Assembly: GCA_947087745.1 (NCBI GenBank)
Contig: CAMUDX010000005.1
Location: 854 to 64,853, forward strand
Source: an uncultured Clostridium sp.
GTDB taxonomy: Bacteria; Bacillota; Clostridia; TANB77; CAG-508
Direction: 5' to 3'
Length of the DNA stretch: 64,000 bases
Below the pieces are notes generated by a model, which saw only the letters and a list, made by a program, of their open reading frames with translations, was not told where the DNA came from and did no database searches. Below, one piece after another: positions 49,859 through 60,407 of the stretch (position 1 is its first letter; each line of letters starts with the position of its first letter). The translations under genes were made by a program, and so were the position numbers.

Positions 49859-49871
49859 CTAAGCAACTACG

Positions 49872-49916
49872 CGAGCTCCAATTTAGTTTCTAGAAATAAA
49901 TTGGGGCTCGTTTTTT
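49872..49916 (+). terminator. Rho-independent terminator
   Basis: Stem CGAGCTCCAATTT/AAATTGGGGCTCG followed by T6. Confidence 0.8.
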
Positions 49917-49991
49917 ATCTTAATTTCTACCTTTACAAAAAAATCAAAAAGATATATAATGTTTCAAAACAAACAAGAAAGAAGTGAAGTT

Positions 49992-51539
49992 ATGAAATTA
50001 AGCAAGATATTAGAAAGCATAGAAATAAAAAACATCATAAATATGAATGATATAAATATCACAAATATTTCCTCAGACTCACGATATATAAAAGAAAATG
50101 GTCTATTTTTTGCAATAAATGGATATAACAAAAATGGAACAGACTTTATAGATTCTGCGATTAAGAATGGTGCAACAGCAATAGTAGTTGAAGAAAATTC
50201 AGATTTAAGTAAATTAAATATCTCAGAAAATATTCCAGTAATATCAGTTTTAAAGATTAGAAAATCTTTAGCAATTGCAAGTTGCAATTTATATGATAAT
50301 CCTTCTAAAAAACTAAAAGTTATTGGAGTCACTGGAACAAAAGGTAAAACTACTTCTACATTTATGATAAAATCAATATTAGAAGCACATGGTTTAAAAG
50401 TAGGGTTAATTGGAAGCATCGCTATCTATATTGGGGACAAGCAATTAGAAGTAACTGATAGAACAACACCTGAAAGTTATAAAATACAAGAATCATTAGA
50501 TAAAATGGTCAAAGAAAATGTTGATATTGCAATTTTAGAAGTTTCTTCACAAGCCATGAAATTAGATAGAGTTACTGGATGTGATTTTGATGTTGCCTTA
50601 TTTACTAACTTAACAGAAGACCATATCAGTCCTAGAGAACACTCAGATATGAATGATTACTTTAATGCGAAACTAGAACTTATGAAAATATCTCCAAACT
50701 TAGTAGTTAACTTGGATAATGAGTATACAGAGAAAATCCCTTCATTATTCCCTAATAAAAATATTACTACATTTGGAATGCAATCTAAAAAATACGATAT
50801 TTCTGCTAAAGACTTAAAACCTGAGAATTCATGTGTTAACTTTACTTTATCAATAAATGGAAAAGATGAGCCTGTATGTGTTTCTATTCCAGGAGAATAT
50901 ATGGTATATAATGCACTTGGTGCAATTGCAGTTGCAAGCCACTTTAACATAACTGCTGATGAAATTAGAACTGCTCTTAAAAGTGTTAGAGTATTTGGTA
51001 GAAGTGAATTAGTTCCTAATAGATTAGGATTAACAATTATGATTGATTATGCACACACACCTTCTAGCTTAGAATCTATTTTAAAAACTGTTAAGCCTTA
51101 TACTAAAGGTAGAGTAATATGTACCTGGGGTGTTGGCGGAGATAGAGATAAAGCTAAAAGACCTATTATGGGTGAGATTTCTGGAACTTTAGCTGACCTT
51201 ACAATTCTAACTTCTGATCAAGTTCGAACAGAAGACCCTATGTCTATATTAAAAGATATTGAAGTTGGTCTGAAAAAAAGCGGTGGAGATTATATCCTTA
51301 TTTTAAATCGTACAGAAGCTATTAGATATGCTCTTTCTATTGCTACAAAAGATGATATACTTGTTATACCTGGTCTTGGAAATGATTTATATATTGAATA
51401 TATGGGAGTTAAATATCCATATGATGAAAGAGTAATAATTCACGATATTATAGAAGAAATGTTAGATGATAATTATGATTATGAAAAAGTAAAAAAGTTT
51501 AATAATGAAACATTTGAAATACCAAGTGATAAAATATAA
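49992..51539 (+). CDS. murE: UDP-MurNAc-L-Ala-D-Glu:meso-DAP ligase MurE
   Basis: VIGVTGTKGKTTST, DYAHTP and GVGGDRDKAKRP motifs. Start at MKLSKIL. Confidence 0.95.
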   Translation: MKLSKILESIEIKNIINMNDINITNISSDSRYIKENGLFFAINGYNKNGTDFIDSAIKNGATAIVVEENSDLSKLNISENIPVISVLKIRKSLAIASCNLYDNPSKKLKVIGVTGTKGKTTSTFMIKSILEAHGLKVGLIGSIAIYIGDKQLEVTDRTTPESYKIQESLDKMVKENVDIAILEVSSQAMKLDRVTGCDFDVALFTNLTEDHISPREHSDMNDYFNAKLELMKISPNLVVNLDNEYTEKIPSLFPNKNITTFGMQSKKYDISAKDLKPENSCVNFTLSINGKDEPVCVSIPGEYMVYNALGAIAVASHFNITADEIRTALKSVRVFGRSELVPNRLGLTIMIDYAHTPSSLESILKTVKPYTKGRVICTWGVGGDRDKAKRPIMGEISGTLADLTILTSDQVRTEDPMSILKDIEVGLKKSGGDYILILNRTEAIRYALSIATKDDILVIPGLGNDLYIEYMGVKYPYDERVIIHDIIEEMLDDNYDYEKVKKFNNETFEIPSDKI

Positions 51540-51581
51540 TTTTGGGAATTATTTTCAAAACAAAATCTAAGCAAATACTGC

Positions 51582-52445
51582 TTAGATTTTTATTATTTCT
51601 CCATCAAATACTTTTGTAGCAATTCCTGTCATGTATATTTCTTGATTAGCTTCATCTATCTCTATTTTTAGTTCCCCACCTTTTAAGTATACTGTAACAT
51701 CACTTTTTGTAAAGTTCAATTTATGGCAAAGTGTAGCTACTGCACAAGCTCCTGTACCACATGCATATGTTTCGCCTACACCTCTTTCCCACACTCTCAT
51801 TTTTATGCTTGAATTTCCTAAAACTTGTATAAATTCTACATTTGTCTTTTGTGGAAAATGCTCATCATTTTCTATTAAACTTCCTATTTCACTAATTGGA
51901 ACTTTTTCTACATCTTCACAAAATACTATTGCATGTGGGTTTCCCATTGAAATACAATATACTTCTAATTCTTTTTCTAGTATTTTTAAATCTAATTGCT
52001 GTTCATATTTTGCTTTTCCCATATCTATTGTTATTTCTCTTATATCATTATTTATTTTAGATTTCCTTATAAAAGCATTTTTTATTCCTGCTAATGTTTC
52101 TATTCTTATTTCTTTTTTTTCTGTTAATCTATTATCATATATGTATTTTGCAAAACATCTTATCCCATTTCCACACATTTCTGCTTCTGTACCATCTTGA
52201 TTATATATATTCATTTTAAAATCTGCTATATTGCTTTTATTTATTAGTATAATTCCATCTGCTCCTACTCCAAAATGTCTATTACATAAGTATCTTGCTA
52301 TTGGGGGTATATTCTGTTCTTCTATAATATTTTTATTATCTATACAATTTATTAATAAATAATCATTCCCTAATCCATGCATTTTGGTAAAATGTATTTT
52401 ATTTTGCTGTTCAATATTTTCTTCTTGATTTTCAAAAGATATCAT
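51582..52445 (-). CDS. dapF: Diaminopimelate epimerase
   Basis: FTKMHGLGNDY, both catalytic Cys contexts (EMCGNG, ACGTGA), SMGNPH. Confidence 0.93.
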   Translation of the reverse strand: MISFENQEENIEQQNKIHFTKMHGLGNDYLLINCIDNKNIIEEQNIPPIARYLCNRHFGVGADGIILINKSNIADFKMNIYNQDGTEAEMCGNGIRCFAKYIYDNRLTEKKEIRIETLAGIKNAFIRKSKINNDIREITIDMGKAKYEQQLDLKILEKELEVYCISMGNPHAIVFCEDVEKVPISEIGSLIENDEHFPQKTNVEFIQVLGNSSIKMRVWERGVGETYACGTGACAVATLCHKLNFTKSDVTVYLKGGELKIEIDEANQEIYMTGIATKVFDGEIIKI

Positions 52446-52566
52446 TTAATATCTACCTCCTATTAAATGATATTTTACAAACTTTATAAAAGTGCATATA
52501 TTCATAAGAATTATGCACTTTTGTTATTCAATTTTTGTTATTATTCAACAAATTTTATTTATAATC

Positions 52567-54327
52567 TTAGTTTTCACTAATTATTTTTATATGTACATCT
52601 TTTAATTGTTGTTCTGTTACTTTTGATGGTGAATTCATTAATAAATCTCTTGCCTTTTTATTCTTTGGGAATGCAATTACTTCTCTTATGTTTTGTGAGT
52701 CTGAAATTAACATTACCATTCTGTCTACTCCTGGCGCTGCTCCAGCATGTGGAGGTGTTCCATATTGGAATGCATTATATAATGCTCCAAATCTTGTTTT
52801 TACATCTTCTTCGCTATATCCTGCAATTTCAAATGCCTTTATCATTATCTCTGGATTATGGTTTCTTACTGCTCCTGATGCCATTTCATATCCATTACAT
52901 ACTAAATCATATTGATATGCCAATATGTCTAATGGATTTTTTGTTCTTAGTGTTTCTAATCCCCCTTGTGGCATTGAAAATGGGTTGTGACAAAAATCTA
53001 TTTTTGGATTTCCTTCATCATCTTCTGCCATTTCGTACATTGGAAAGTCTACTATAAAACAGAATTTGTATACATTCTTTTCTATTAAGTCTAATCTTTT
53101 TCCTAATTCTATTCTAACTAATCCAGCTATTTTTTGTGTCTTTTCTAACTTCTCATCTGCTATAAAGAATATTGAACTTCCTCTTTCTAGATTATATTCT
53201 TTTTCTAATCTGTCTCTTATTTCTTCAGTTATGAATTTTGCTATTCCTCCTGTAACTTCGCCTGTTTGTTCTAGTTTTGTCCATGCTAATCCTTTTGCTT
53301 CACATTCTTGTACCGCAAATTCTGTCATGTTATCAAAGAATTTTCTTCCCTGCTCTGCTCCATTTGGTACTATTATTGCTTTTATTATTTTTCCTTTGAA
53401 TGCGTTAAATTCTGTGTTCTTAAATAGTTCTGTGATGTCTTGTATTATTAATGGATTTCTTAAATCTGGTTTATCAATTCCATACTTTTCCATTGCTTCT
53501 TTATATGGTATTTTGATAAATGGTCCTTTATCAACTTCCCAATTTGTGAATTTTGTAAATACATTTGGTATCACTGTCTCTATTACTTTGAATACATCTT
53601 CTTGTGTTGCAAAACTCATTTCAAAATCTAATTGATAAAATTCTCCTGGTGCTCTATCTGCTCTTGGGTCTTCATCTCTGAAACAAGGTGCTATTTGAAA
53701 ATATTTGTTAAATCCTGATACCATTAATAGTTGTTTGAATTGTTGTGGTGCTTGTGGTAATGCATAAAATTCTCCTGAATGTATTCTACTTGGTACTAAG
53801 TAATCTCTTGCTCCTTCTGGTGATGAATTTGCTAGTATTGGTGTTTGTATTTCTGTAAACCCTAATTCATCCATATTATCTCTTAATGCTTTTAATATTT
53901 TAGCTCTTAATAATATATTGTTGTGTAATTTTTCATTTCTTAAATCTAAAAACCTGTATTCTAACCTTAAGTCTTCTCTTACTTCTTGGTCTGTATTTAT
54001 CTCAAATGGTAATACTGTTTTGCATTTTCCTAATACTTCTATTGTATTTGCCACCACTTCTATCTCTCCTGTTGGCATTTTTGGATTTTTACTTGCTCTT
54101 TCTACTACCTTTCCTTTTATTCCTATACAACTTTCTGTTGTTAATTCTTTTGCTTGCTTTTGTAGCTCTTCATCATTTATTACTATTTGTGTTATTCCAA
54201 ATTCATCTCTTAAATCTAAGAATATCATTCCTCCTAGATTTCTGATTTTTTGTACCCATCCTGCTAATTCTACATCTTCTTCTATGTTTGTTTTGTTTAA
54301 TTCTCCTAAATTGTGTGTTCTATACAT
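52567..54327 (-). CDS. aspS: Aspartate--tRNA ligase
   Basis: MYRTHNLGEL..., class II motifs (FRDEDPRADR, GGLETL.., PPHAGAAPGVDR). Confidence 0.97.
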   Translation of the reverse strand: MYRTHNLGELNKTNIEEDVELAGWVQKIRNLGGMIFLDLRDEFGITQIVINDEELQKQAKELTTESCIGIKGKVVERASKNPKMPTGEIEVVANTIEVLGKCKTVLPFEINTDQEVREDLRLEYRFLDLRNEKLHNNILLRAKILKALRDNMDELGFTEIQTPILANSSPEGARDYLVPSRIHSGEFYALPQAPQQFKQLLMVSGFNKYFQIAPCFRDEDPRADRAPGEFYQLDFEMSFATQEDVFKVIETVIPNVFTKFTNWEVDKGPFIKIPYKEAMEKYGIDKPDLRNPLIIQDITELFKNTEFNAFKGKIIKAIIVPNGAEQGRKFFDNMTEFAVQECEAKGLAWTKLEQTGEVTGGIAKFITEEIRDRLEKEYNLERGSSIFFIADEKLEKTQKIAGLVRIELGKRLDLIEKNVYKFCFIVDFPMYEMAEDDEGNPKIDFCHNPFSMPQGGLETLRTKNPLDILAYQYDLVCNGYEMASGAVRNHNPEIMIKAFEIAGYSEEDVKTRFGALYNAFQYGTPPHAGAAPGVDRMVMLISDSQNIREVIAFPKNKKARDLLMNSPSKVTEQQLKDVHIKIISEN

Positions 54328-54359
54328 TTTGTTTCCTCCAATTTATTATTATAATATCT

Positions 54360-54388
54360 AATATAGCATATTTACTGTCTTTTGACAA
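54360..54388 (-). promoter_or_regulatory. Sigma-A-type promoter candidate for aspS
   Basis: Minus strand reads TTGTCA-17 nt-TATATT, about 30 nt upstream of the ATG. Confidence 0.35.
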
Positions 54389-54491
54389 TATTATTTTTTT
54401 GAAAACATCTAATTTTACAAGTGGCAGTCATCTATTACTATCTGAGAAAAAACTAAAGCAAAAAATATATACTATTGTTTTAATATTATTT

Positions 54492-54545
54492 AAAAAAGCA
54501 TCTATTACACTTAACAGTAATTATTGTTAGTGTAAATAGATGCTT
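54492..54545 (-). terminator. Rho-independent terminator after the Cys-lattice gene
   Basis: Stem of about 20 bp (AAGCATCTATTACAC.../...GTGTAAATAGATGCTT), followed on the minus strand by T6. Confidence 0.7.
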
Positions 54546-54570
54546 GTTGATAAAACTGTGTTTAACTATA

Positions 54571-54888
54571 CTATTTGATATCGCTATCTTCTTGTGCATC
54601 ACTTAGTTTCGTACAGTTATTACATTCGAAACTGTTAATGCAGTATCTACAAGAGTTACATTCTGTACAATCAGAACTTCTGTAGCAACTTACACTTCGC
54701 ACACATCTGATGCAAAATAAACATCTTGTGCAATCCTCACATTCATTGCAAAAAAAACTTAATATGCAATTAGTGCAATTTTTGCATCCGAAACATAATA
54801 TGCACCGATGATTGTTGTGTACTTTATTCCATGTTAATTGGAATATACTAAGTGTTACTGCCACTAAGGTTATAATAACCCAGTTCAT
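54571..54888 (-). CDS. Membrane-anchored protein with a strict period-3 Cys/Ser lattice
   Basis: GGAGG RBS and its own terminator. N-terminal TM. Residues 29-92 carry Cys (18) or Ser (4) at every third position. Confidence 0.7.
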   Translation of the reverse strand: MNWVIITLVAVTLSIFQLTWNKVHNNHRCILCFGCKNCTNCILSFFCNECEDCTRCLFCIRCVRSVSCYRSSDCTECNSCRYCINSFECNNCTKLSDAQEDSDIK

Positions 54889-55040
54889 TGGATTTCCTCC
54901 TTCAAATTTTTTCTAAATTTTATTTTACCATATATTAGATTAACTTTCAACTTTTTTACAACTTTATTTATTTTTTTAATATTAATAATAGCTAAAAGTC
55001 TAAAATTCAAGGCATTCTATACTCATTTTAAAATAATTTA

Positions 55041-55811
55041 TCACAGTATTCTAATTACATCTTTATATGTTACATAAATAGATAATGCTATTAATAGAGA
55101 AAACCCAATCATCTGTATAGTTGCTTCTGTTTCCACCTTCAGCGGTTTTCTTCGTATTGCTTCTATTATTAAAAATAATATTTTTCCACCATCTAATGCT
55201 GGTATTGGAAGCAAATTTGTTATTCCTAATGATATTGATATTACTGACATTATATAAATATAGTTTGTAAAGTTTGTTGTCTGTATTACTATTTCTGATA
55301 TTCCTACTGGACCTGTCATTTCATTTATTGAGATTCCTTGTGTGAATATAGCTTTTATACTATTTCCTAGTTCTGCAATAAATTGTCCTGTTCCTTGTGC
55401 ACCATAATATATTCTATTTAGTATAGTATCTTTTGCAGGATCAGCAAACTGAATTCCTACAGTTGTCATTAATATAAAGTATATTAATACTCCAAATATT
55501 ATATTCACTAATGCTCCTGCTGCAACTATTGCAATTCTCTTAGGTATACTTGCCTTTGTAAATGACCCCTTTTCTTCTGAAGCTTCTGCTTCTCCTTCCA
55601 TACTTACAAATCCACCTAATGGTATAATTCGTAATGCATATTTAGTTTCTTTTATCTGTTTTTGCCATATGGTTTTTCCAAACCCTATGGCAAATTCGTT
55701 TACTTTTACTTTGCATAATTTTGCTACAATGAAGTGTCCTCCTTCATGTATAAATACTAAAAATCCTAGCAAAAATATAATTTTTATTGCATTAAATATG
55801 AATGAAATCAA
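55041..55811 (-). CDS. RseP/RasP-like M50 site-2 protease that appears to lack a PDZ domain
   Basis: HEGGHF and NLLPIPALDGG motifs. The protein is only 256 aa, with about 25 residues where RseP homologues carry PDZ. It occupies the uppS-cdsA-(dxr)-rseP position. Confidence 0.8.
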   Translation of the reverse strand: MISFIFNAIKIIFLLGFLVFIHEGGHFIVAKLCKVKVNEFAIGFGKTIWQKQIKETKYALRIIPLGGFVSMEGEAEASEEKGSFTKASIPKRIAIVAAGALVNIIFGVLIYFILMTTVGIQFADPAKDTILNRIYYGAQGTGQFIAELGNSIKAIFTQGISINEMTGPVGISEIVIQTTNFTNYIYIMSVISISLGITNLLPIPALDGGKILFLIIEAIRRKPLKVETEATIQMIGFSLLIALSIYVTYKDVIRIL

Positions 55812-55827
55812 TGTATTCCTCCTATTT

Positions 55828-56658
55828 TTATAATATTCTTAATAATATATATGCAAATGGTGCGATAAATAATAAACTATCTATTCTATCTATAATTCCA
55901 CCATGCCCTGGTATTATATTACCATAATCTTTTACTCCTACATATCTTTTTATTGCTGATGCCGCAAAGTCTCCTAATTGTCCTAATATACTTAATATTA
56001 ATCCAATAACTGCTATTTGCCAATATGAGTAACTTAAGTCTGTATTTTGATTTATTAAATATGTATATCCCGTTACTAATATTATTGCTCCAATAGCTCC
56101 TGCTATACATCCTTCTATAGACTTTTTAGGGCTTACTTGACTAAATTTATGTTTTCCAAAGTATTTTCCTATTAAATAAGCAAATACATCTGTTCCCCAT
56201 CCTGTTAATATTAAATACCATATTAATAATATTCCATCTTTCATTTGTCTTATTAATGACATACTTATCATACAAAATACTATGTAACATATTCCAATAA
56301 AAGTATATGCTACATCATTAAAGTTTGTTTTCATATTTGTTACTATTACTTGAAAAAATAGTATTACTATTAATATTGGTAATGCTAGAAATCCTACAGT
56401 CCCCATATATTGGCTAGGTATCACATGTATTGTTGCGATTAATAAACAAGATAAGTATGATATCCATTTTACTGGATTTGCTTTTTTTGATACTGCATCT
56501 AAATATTCTCTCATTGCTTGTAATCCAACTATTGTTAGAACTATATCTACTACATATTTATTTCCAAATATTAAGACAATTGCTACTATTGGAAAGCCTA
56601 CCGCTGCTGATAAAATTCTAGTTACATCTATCTTTGTTTTGTTTTTCTCTTCTTCCAT
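55828..56658 (-). CDS. cdsA: Phosphatidate cytidylyltransferase
   Basis: SPKKSIEG...GDFAASAIKRYVGVKDYGNIIPGHGGIIDRIDS signature. Confidence 0.92.
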   Translation of the reverse strand: MEEEKNKTKIDVTRILSAAVGFPIVAIVLIFGNKYVVDIVLTIVGLQAMREYLDAVSKKANPVKWISYLSCLLIATIHVIPSQYMGTVGFLALPILIVILFFQVIVTNMKTNFNDVAYTFIGICYIVFCMISMSLIRQMKDGILLIWYLILTGWGTDVFAYLIGKYFGKHKFSQVSPKKSIEGCIAGAIGAIILVTGYTYLINQNTDLSYSYWQIAVIGLILSILGQLGDFAASAIKRYVGVKDYGNIIPGHGGIIDRIDSLLFIAPFAYILLRIL

Positions 56659-56767
56659 TTATTTCTCCTTTTGTTGTCTATAATAATAGATTAATCACTA
56701 TAAGATTAATTTACTAGTATATAAACAATTCATTTTATAAGTATTTATAGTATTAATTAGTTTCTTG

Positions 56768-57481
56768 TTAATTTGCTCCGAATTTTCTAGTTCTTTTGTT
56801 ATACTCATTTATTGCTATATCTAAATCTTCTTCTGTAAAGTCTGGCCAATTCTTTTCTATAAAATATAACTCTGAATATGTTGATTGCCACATCAAAAAT
56901 CCACTTAATCTTATTTCTCCACTTGTTCTTATTATTAAGTCTGGATCAGGATAATTTGCTGTATATAAGTTTTCTTCTATCAACTTTTCATTTATTTCTG
57001 ATATTTCTATTTTTCCTTGTTTTACTTCTTCTGATATCTTTGTTACTACCTTTACTATCTCATCTCTTCCACCATAGTTTAATGCTATAGTAAATGTTAC
57101 CCCTGTATTATTTTTAGTTCTTTCAATACATTTATTTATACTTTTTTGCATTCCTTCTGATAATGCTGTTATATCTCCTATAACTTTTACTCTTATGTTC
57201 TCTGTATCTGCTCGTTTTGAATAATCATCTAGATATGTTTGTAGTAACATCATTAATCCACTTACTTCTTCTTCTGTTCTCTTCCAGTTTTCTGTTGAGA
57301 ATGCATAAACTGTTATATATTTTAATCCTATTTTATTTGCATATCTTACTATATTTTCTAGTGTCTTTGCTCCTTGCTTATGTCCAAAGCCTGCTGGTTT
57401 TCCCTTTGATTTTGCCCATCTTCTGTTTCCATCCATTATTATTCCTATGTGCTCTGGCATTTTTTTTTGGTCTTCCTGCAA
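56768..57481 (-). CDS. uppS: Undecaprenyl-diphosphate synthase
   Basis: HIGIIMDGNRRWA...TVYAFSTENWKR...RTSGEIRLSGFLMWQ. Confidence 0.95.
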   Translation of the reverse strand: MQEDQKKMPEHIGIIMDGNRRWAKSKGKPAGFGHKQGAKTLENIVRYANKIGLKYITVYAFSTENWKRTEEEVSGLMMLLQTYLDDYSKRADTENIRVKVIGDITALSEGMQKSINKCIERTKNNTGVTFTIALNYGGRDEIVKVVTKISEEVKQGKIEISEINEKLIEENLYTANYPDPDLIIRTSGEIRLSGFLMWQSTYSELYFIEKNWPDFTEEDLDIAINEYNKRTRKFGAN

Positions 57482-57492
57482 ATTTATCCCCC

Positions 57493-58383
57493 CTATTTGT
57501 TTCTTATTTTAATATATATTGCAAGTTCTTTTAAAAACTCTCCTTTTTTTTCATATGTTTCTGCTATTTCTACTGCTTCTTTTGTTAATTCCTCTAGCAT
57601 TTCTTGTGATTTTTTTAAACCATATTTTGTAACATAAGTACATTTTCCTCTTTTTTCATCATTTCCTACTGGTTTTCCTAATACTTTCTCATCTCCAATT
57701 GCAGATAATAAGTCATCTTTTATTTGAAATGTTAATCCTATTGTTTCTGCAAATTTCGTAATTTTTTCTAAGTCGTCTTGTTTTGCATTTGCTAACATTG
57801 CTCCTACTCTTGCTGATGCTCTAAATAATGCTCCTGTCTTATTTTTGTGCATATATTCTAAATAGTCTGATGATATTGATTTTCCTTCATATTCTGTATC
57901 TACATATTCACCTGCTATCATTCTTTGTGTGGCTGTTGTAATTTCATTAATTGCTTTTATTTTATTATTTTGATTTTCTATATCTTTACTATTTAATAAA
58001 TCTTTTATTATCGTTCCATATGCTAGATTTAATAATCCATCTCCTGATAATATAGCTGTAGCCTCATTATACTTTTTGTGATTTGTTAACTTTCCATGTC
58101 TAAAATCATCATTATCTATCCCTGGTAAATCATCATGTATTAAGGAAAAATTGTGTATCATCTCCATAGCACATGCAAATGGCATAACCTTTTCAATATC
58201 TTCTTTGAAAATTTGATATACCTTTATCATTAATATTGGTCTTATTCTTTTTCCTCCTGCCATTAAACTATATTCCATTGCTTCATTTAATATTTGCTCT
58301 GGACATTCTTCTTTTGTTACATATTTTTCTAGTTCTTTGTCTACTAAATCTCTATATTTAGACAGCTCTTGTTTTAATTCCAT
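57493..58383 (-). CDS. Polyprenyl (farnesyl/geranylgeranyl) diphosphate synthase
   Basis: IHDDLPGIDNDDFRHG and FQIKDDLL aspartate-rich motifs. Confidence 0.9.
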   Translation of the reverse strand: MELKQELSKYRDLVDKELEKYVTKEECPEQILNEAMEYSLMAGGKRIRPILMIKVYQIFKEDIEKVMPFACAMEMIHNFSLIHDDLPGIDNDDFRHGKLTNHKKYNEATAILSGDGLLNLAYGTIIKDLLNSKDIENQNNKIKAINEITTATQRMIAGEYVDTEYEGKSISSDYLEYMHKNKTGALFRASARVGAMLANAKQDDLEKITKFAETIGLTFQIKDDLLSAIGDEKVLGKPVGNDEKRGKCTYVTKYGLKKSQEMLEELTKEAVEIAETYEKKGEFLKELAIYIKIRNK

Positions 58384-58484
58384 TATTACTTCTTATTTCC
58401 TTTCTAGTATTTAGTTAGCAAAATTTAGTAACATCCTGTTCTTATCTATTTATTTTCATTTTTTATTGCATATAAATTAATTAT

Positions 58485-59033
58485 TTATATATTCATTATA
58501 TCTAATTCTTTGTTTGCTAGTATTTTGTCTATTTCTTCTACCTTGCTGTCTGTCATTTTTTGTATTTCTGCTTCTGCTAATTTTAAATCATCTTCTGTTA
58601 TTTCACTTGCTTTTTGTTTTGCTTTAAATTCATCTAGTCCATCTCTTCTTACTCCTCTTATTGATACTTTTGCATCTTCTGCTAATTTTCTTATTTCTTT
58701 TACTAGCTCTTTTCTTCTTTCTTCTGTTAACTCTGGAAAGTTTAATCTTATTACTTTTCCATCATTGTTTGGGTTTATACCTATATCTGAAGATAATATT
58801 GCTTTTTCTATTTCTTTTAAACATGTTAAGTCCCATGGTTGTATTACTATTAACCTTGCTTCTGGTACTGATACTGCTGCTACTTGGTTTATTGGTGTTG
58901 GTGTTCCATAATACTCTATTTTTATTTTATTTAATATTGCAGGATTTGCCCTCCCTGCTCTTACTTCCGCCAATTTCTCTGTATATACTCCTATTGTTTT
59001 TTCCATTCTTTCTTTTATACTTGTGTAATCCAT
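58485..59033 (-). CDS. frr: Ribosome recycling factor
   Basis: RAGRANPAILNKIKIEYYG...INPNNDGKVIRLNFPELTEERRKELVK. Confidence 0.96.
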   Translation of the reverse strand: MDYTSIKERMEKTIGVYTEKLAEVRAGRANPAILNKIKIEYYGTPTPINQVAAVSVPEARLIVIQPWDLTCLKEIEKAILSSDIGINPNNDGKVIRLNFPELTEERRKELVKEIRKLAEDAKVSIRGVRRDGLDEFKAKQKASEITEDDLKLAEAEIQKMTDSKVEEIDKILANKELDIMNI

Positions 59034-59144
59034 AATTTTTTCTCTCCTCTTTTTATTATTTTTGTGTATTTCTCTTCTTGTAATTATATGTCATTAATAT
59101 TGTTTTAAAGAACGATACATTTTTAAAATTATTTGTTATCATAT

Positions 59145-59852
59145 TTATTTTACTATTGTTCCTATTCTTTCACCTTTTACTGCTCTCACTACATTTTCTG
59201 GATCTGCTATCCCAAATACTAATAAAGGCATATTATTATCTCTACACATTGCTGTTGCCGTTGAATCCATTACTTTTAAATCTTTTTCTAAAACTTCTAT
59301 ATAAGATATTTCTTCATATTTTGTTGCTGTTGCATCTATTTTAGGGTCTGCAGAATAAACTGCATCAATTGATTTTCCTAATAATATTATATCTGCTTTT
59401 ATTTCTATTGCTCTTAAAACTGCTGCTGTATCTGTTGTGAAATATGGATGCCCTGTTCCTCCAGCAAATATTACTACTCTTCCACGTTGTAAATGTTTTT
59501 CTGCTTTTCTTAATATAAATGGCTCTGCTATTTCTCTCATTTCTATTGATGTTTGTACTCTTGAATAAACTTCCCTCGCTTCTAGTGCATCTTGTAAAGC
59601 TAATCCATTCATTGCTGTTGCTAATATTCCCATATAGTCTGCTGTTGTTCTTTCCATTTGATGTCCTTGTCTCCCTCTCCAGAAGTTTCCTCCTCCTACT
59701 ACAATCGCAACTTCTACTCCCATTTCTACAATCTCTTTTATTTTATCACATATCTTTCCAACTGTTTCTACATCTACACCTACTTTTTGTTGTCCCGCTA
59801 ATGCTTCTCCACTTAATTTTAGTAGTACTCTTTTATATTTGGCTCCTTCCAC
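59145..59852 (-). CDS. pyrH: UMP kinase
   Basis: [13 protein letters not shown]...[10 protein letters not shown]...[16 protein letters not shown]. Confidence 0.96.
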   Translation of the reverse strand: MEGAKYKRVLLKLSGEALAGQQKVGVDVETVGKICDKIKEIVEMGVEVAIVVGGGNFWRGRQGHQMERTTADYMGILATAMNGLALQDALEAREVYSRVQTSIEMREIAEPFILRKAEKHLQRGRVVIFAGGTGHPYFTTDTAAVLRAIEIKADIILLGKSIDAVYSADPKIDATATKYEEISYIEVLEKDLKVMDSTATAMCRDNNMPLLVFGIADPENVVRAVKGERIGTIVK

Positions 59853-60010
59853 TTCGTTTCCTCCTTATTTTATTTTTGTTTATTCTATCATATATCTAAA
59901 AAAAAATCACTAGTTTTATAAAAGATTTTGGTAGTTTGAAAAAAGCACCAAAAAGGACATATTTTGTGACATTTTTATGTCATAATATATGCCCCTTCTG
60001 ATATTATTTT

Positions 60011-60250
60011 TTAAACATTTTCTTTTATGTAATCTACTACATCTCCTACAGTTACAACTTTTTCTGCATCTGCGTCTGGAATTTCTATATCAAATTCTTC
60101 TTCTAATGCCATTATTAATTCTACTATGTCTAAAGAATCTGCTCCTAAATCATCTATAAATGATGCTTCCATTGTTACTGTTGTTTCTGTTACTCCTAAT
60201 TGTTCTACTATTATAGCTTTTACCTTTTCAAATACTTCTTCTGAACTCAT
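60011..60250 (-). CDS. acpP: Acyl carrier protein
   Basis: [20 protein letters not shown] (phosphopantetheine Ser). Confidence 0.95.
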   Translation of the reverse strand: MSSEEVFEKVKAIIVEQLGVTETTVTMEASFIDDLGADSLDIVELIMALEEEFDIEIPDADAEKVVTVGDVVDYIKENV

Positions 60251-60407
60251 TGTTATAAGTTCACCCCCTCTCGTATCTGTTAATATTATATTTTAACAAT
60301 TGTCTTTTTATCTTTAACATTTATATTATATGTTTTTGTATTTGTCAAGTAATCTTTTAAAATATTTATTTTTTATACTGAGTGTTCAAATTTTGTTCAT
60401 CTATTGT

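Noticed and set aside
54328-54570. A T-box leader might be expected upstream of aspS.
   Set aside because: The minus-strand leader lacks the conserved T-box sequence (no GGGTGG..ACC motif). It is mostly taken up by the terminator of the upstream gene and a simple promoter.
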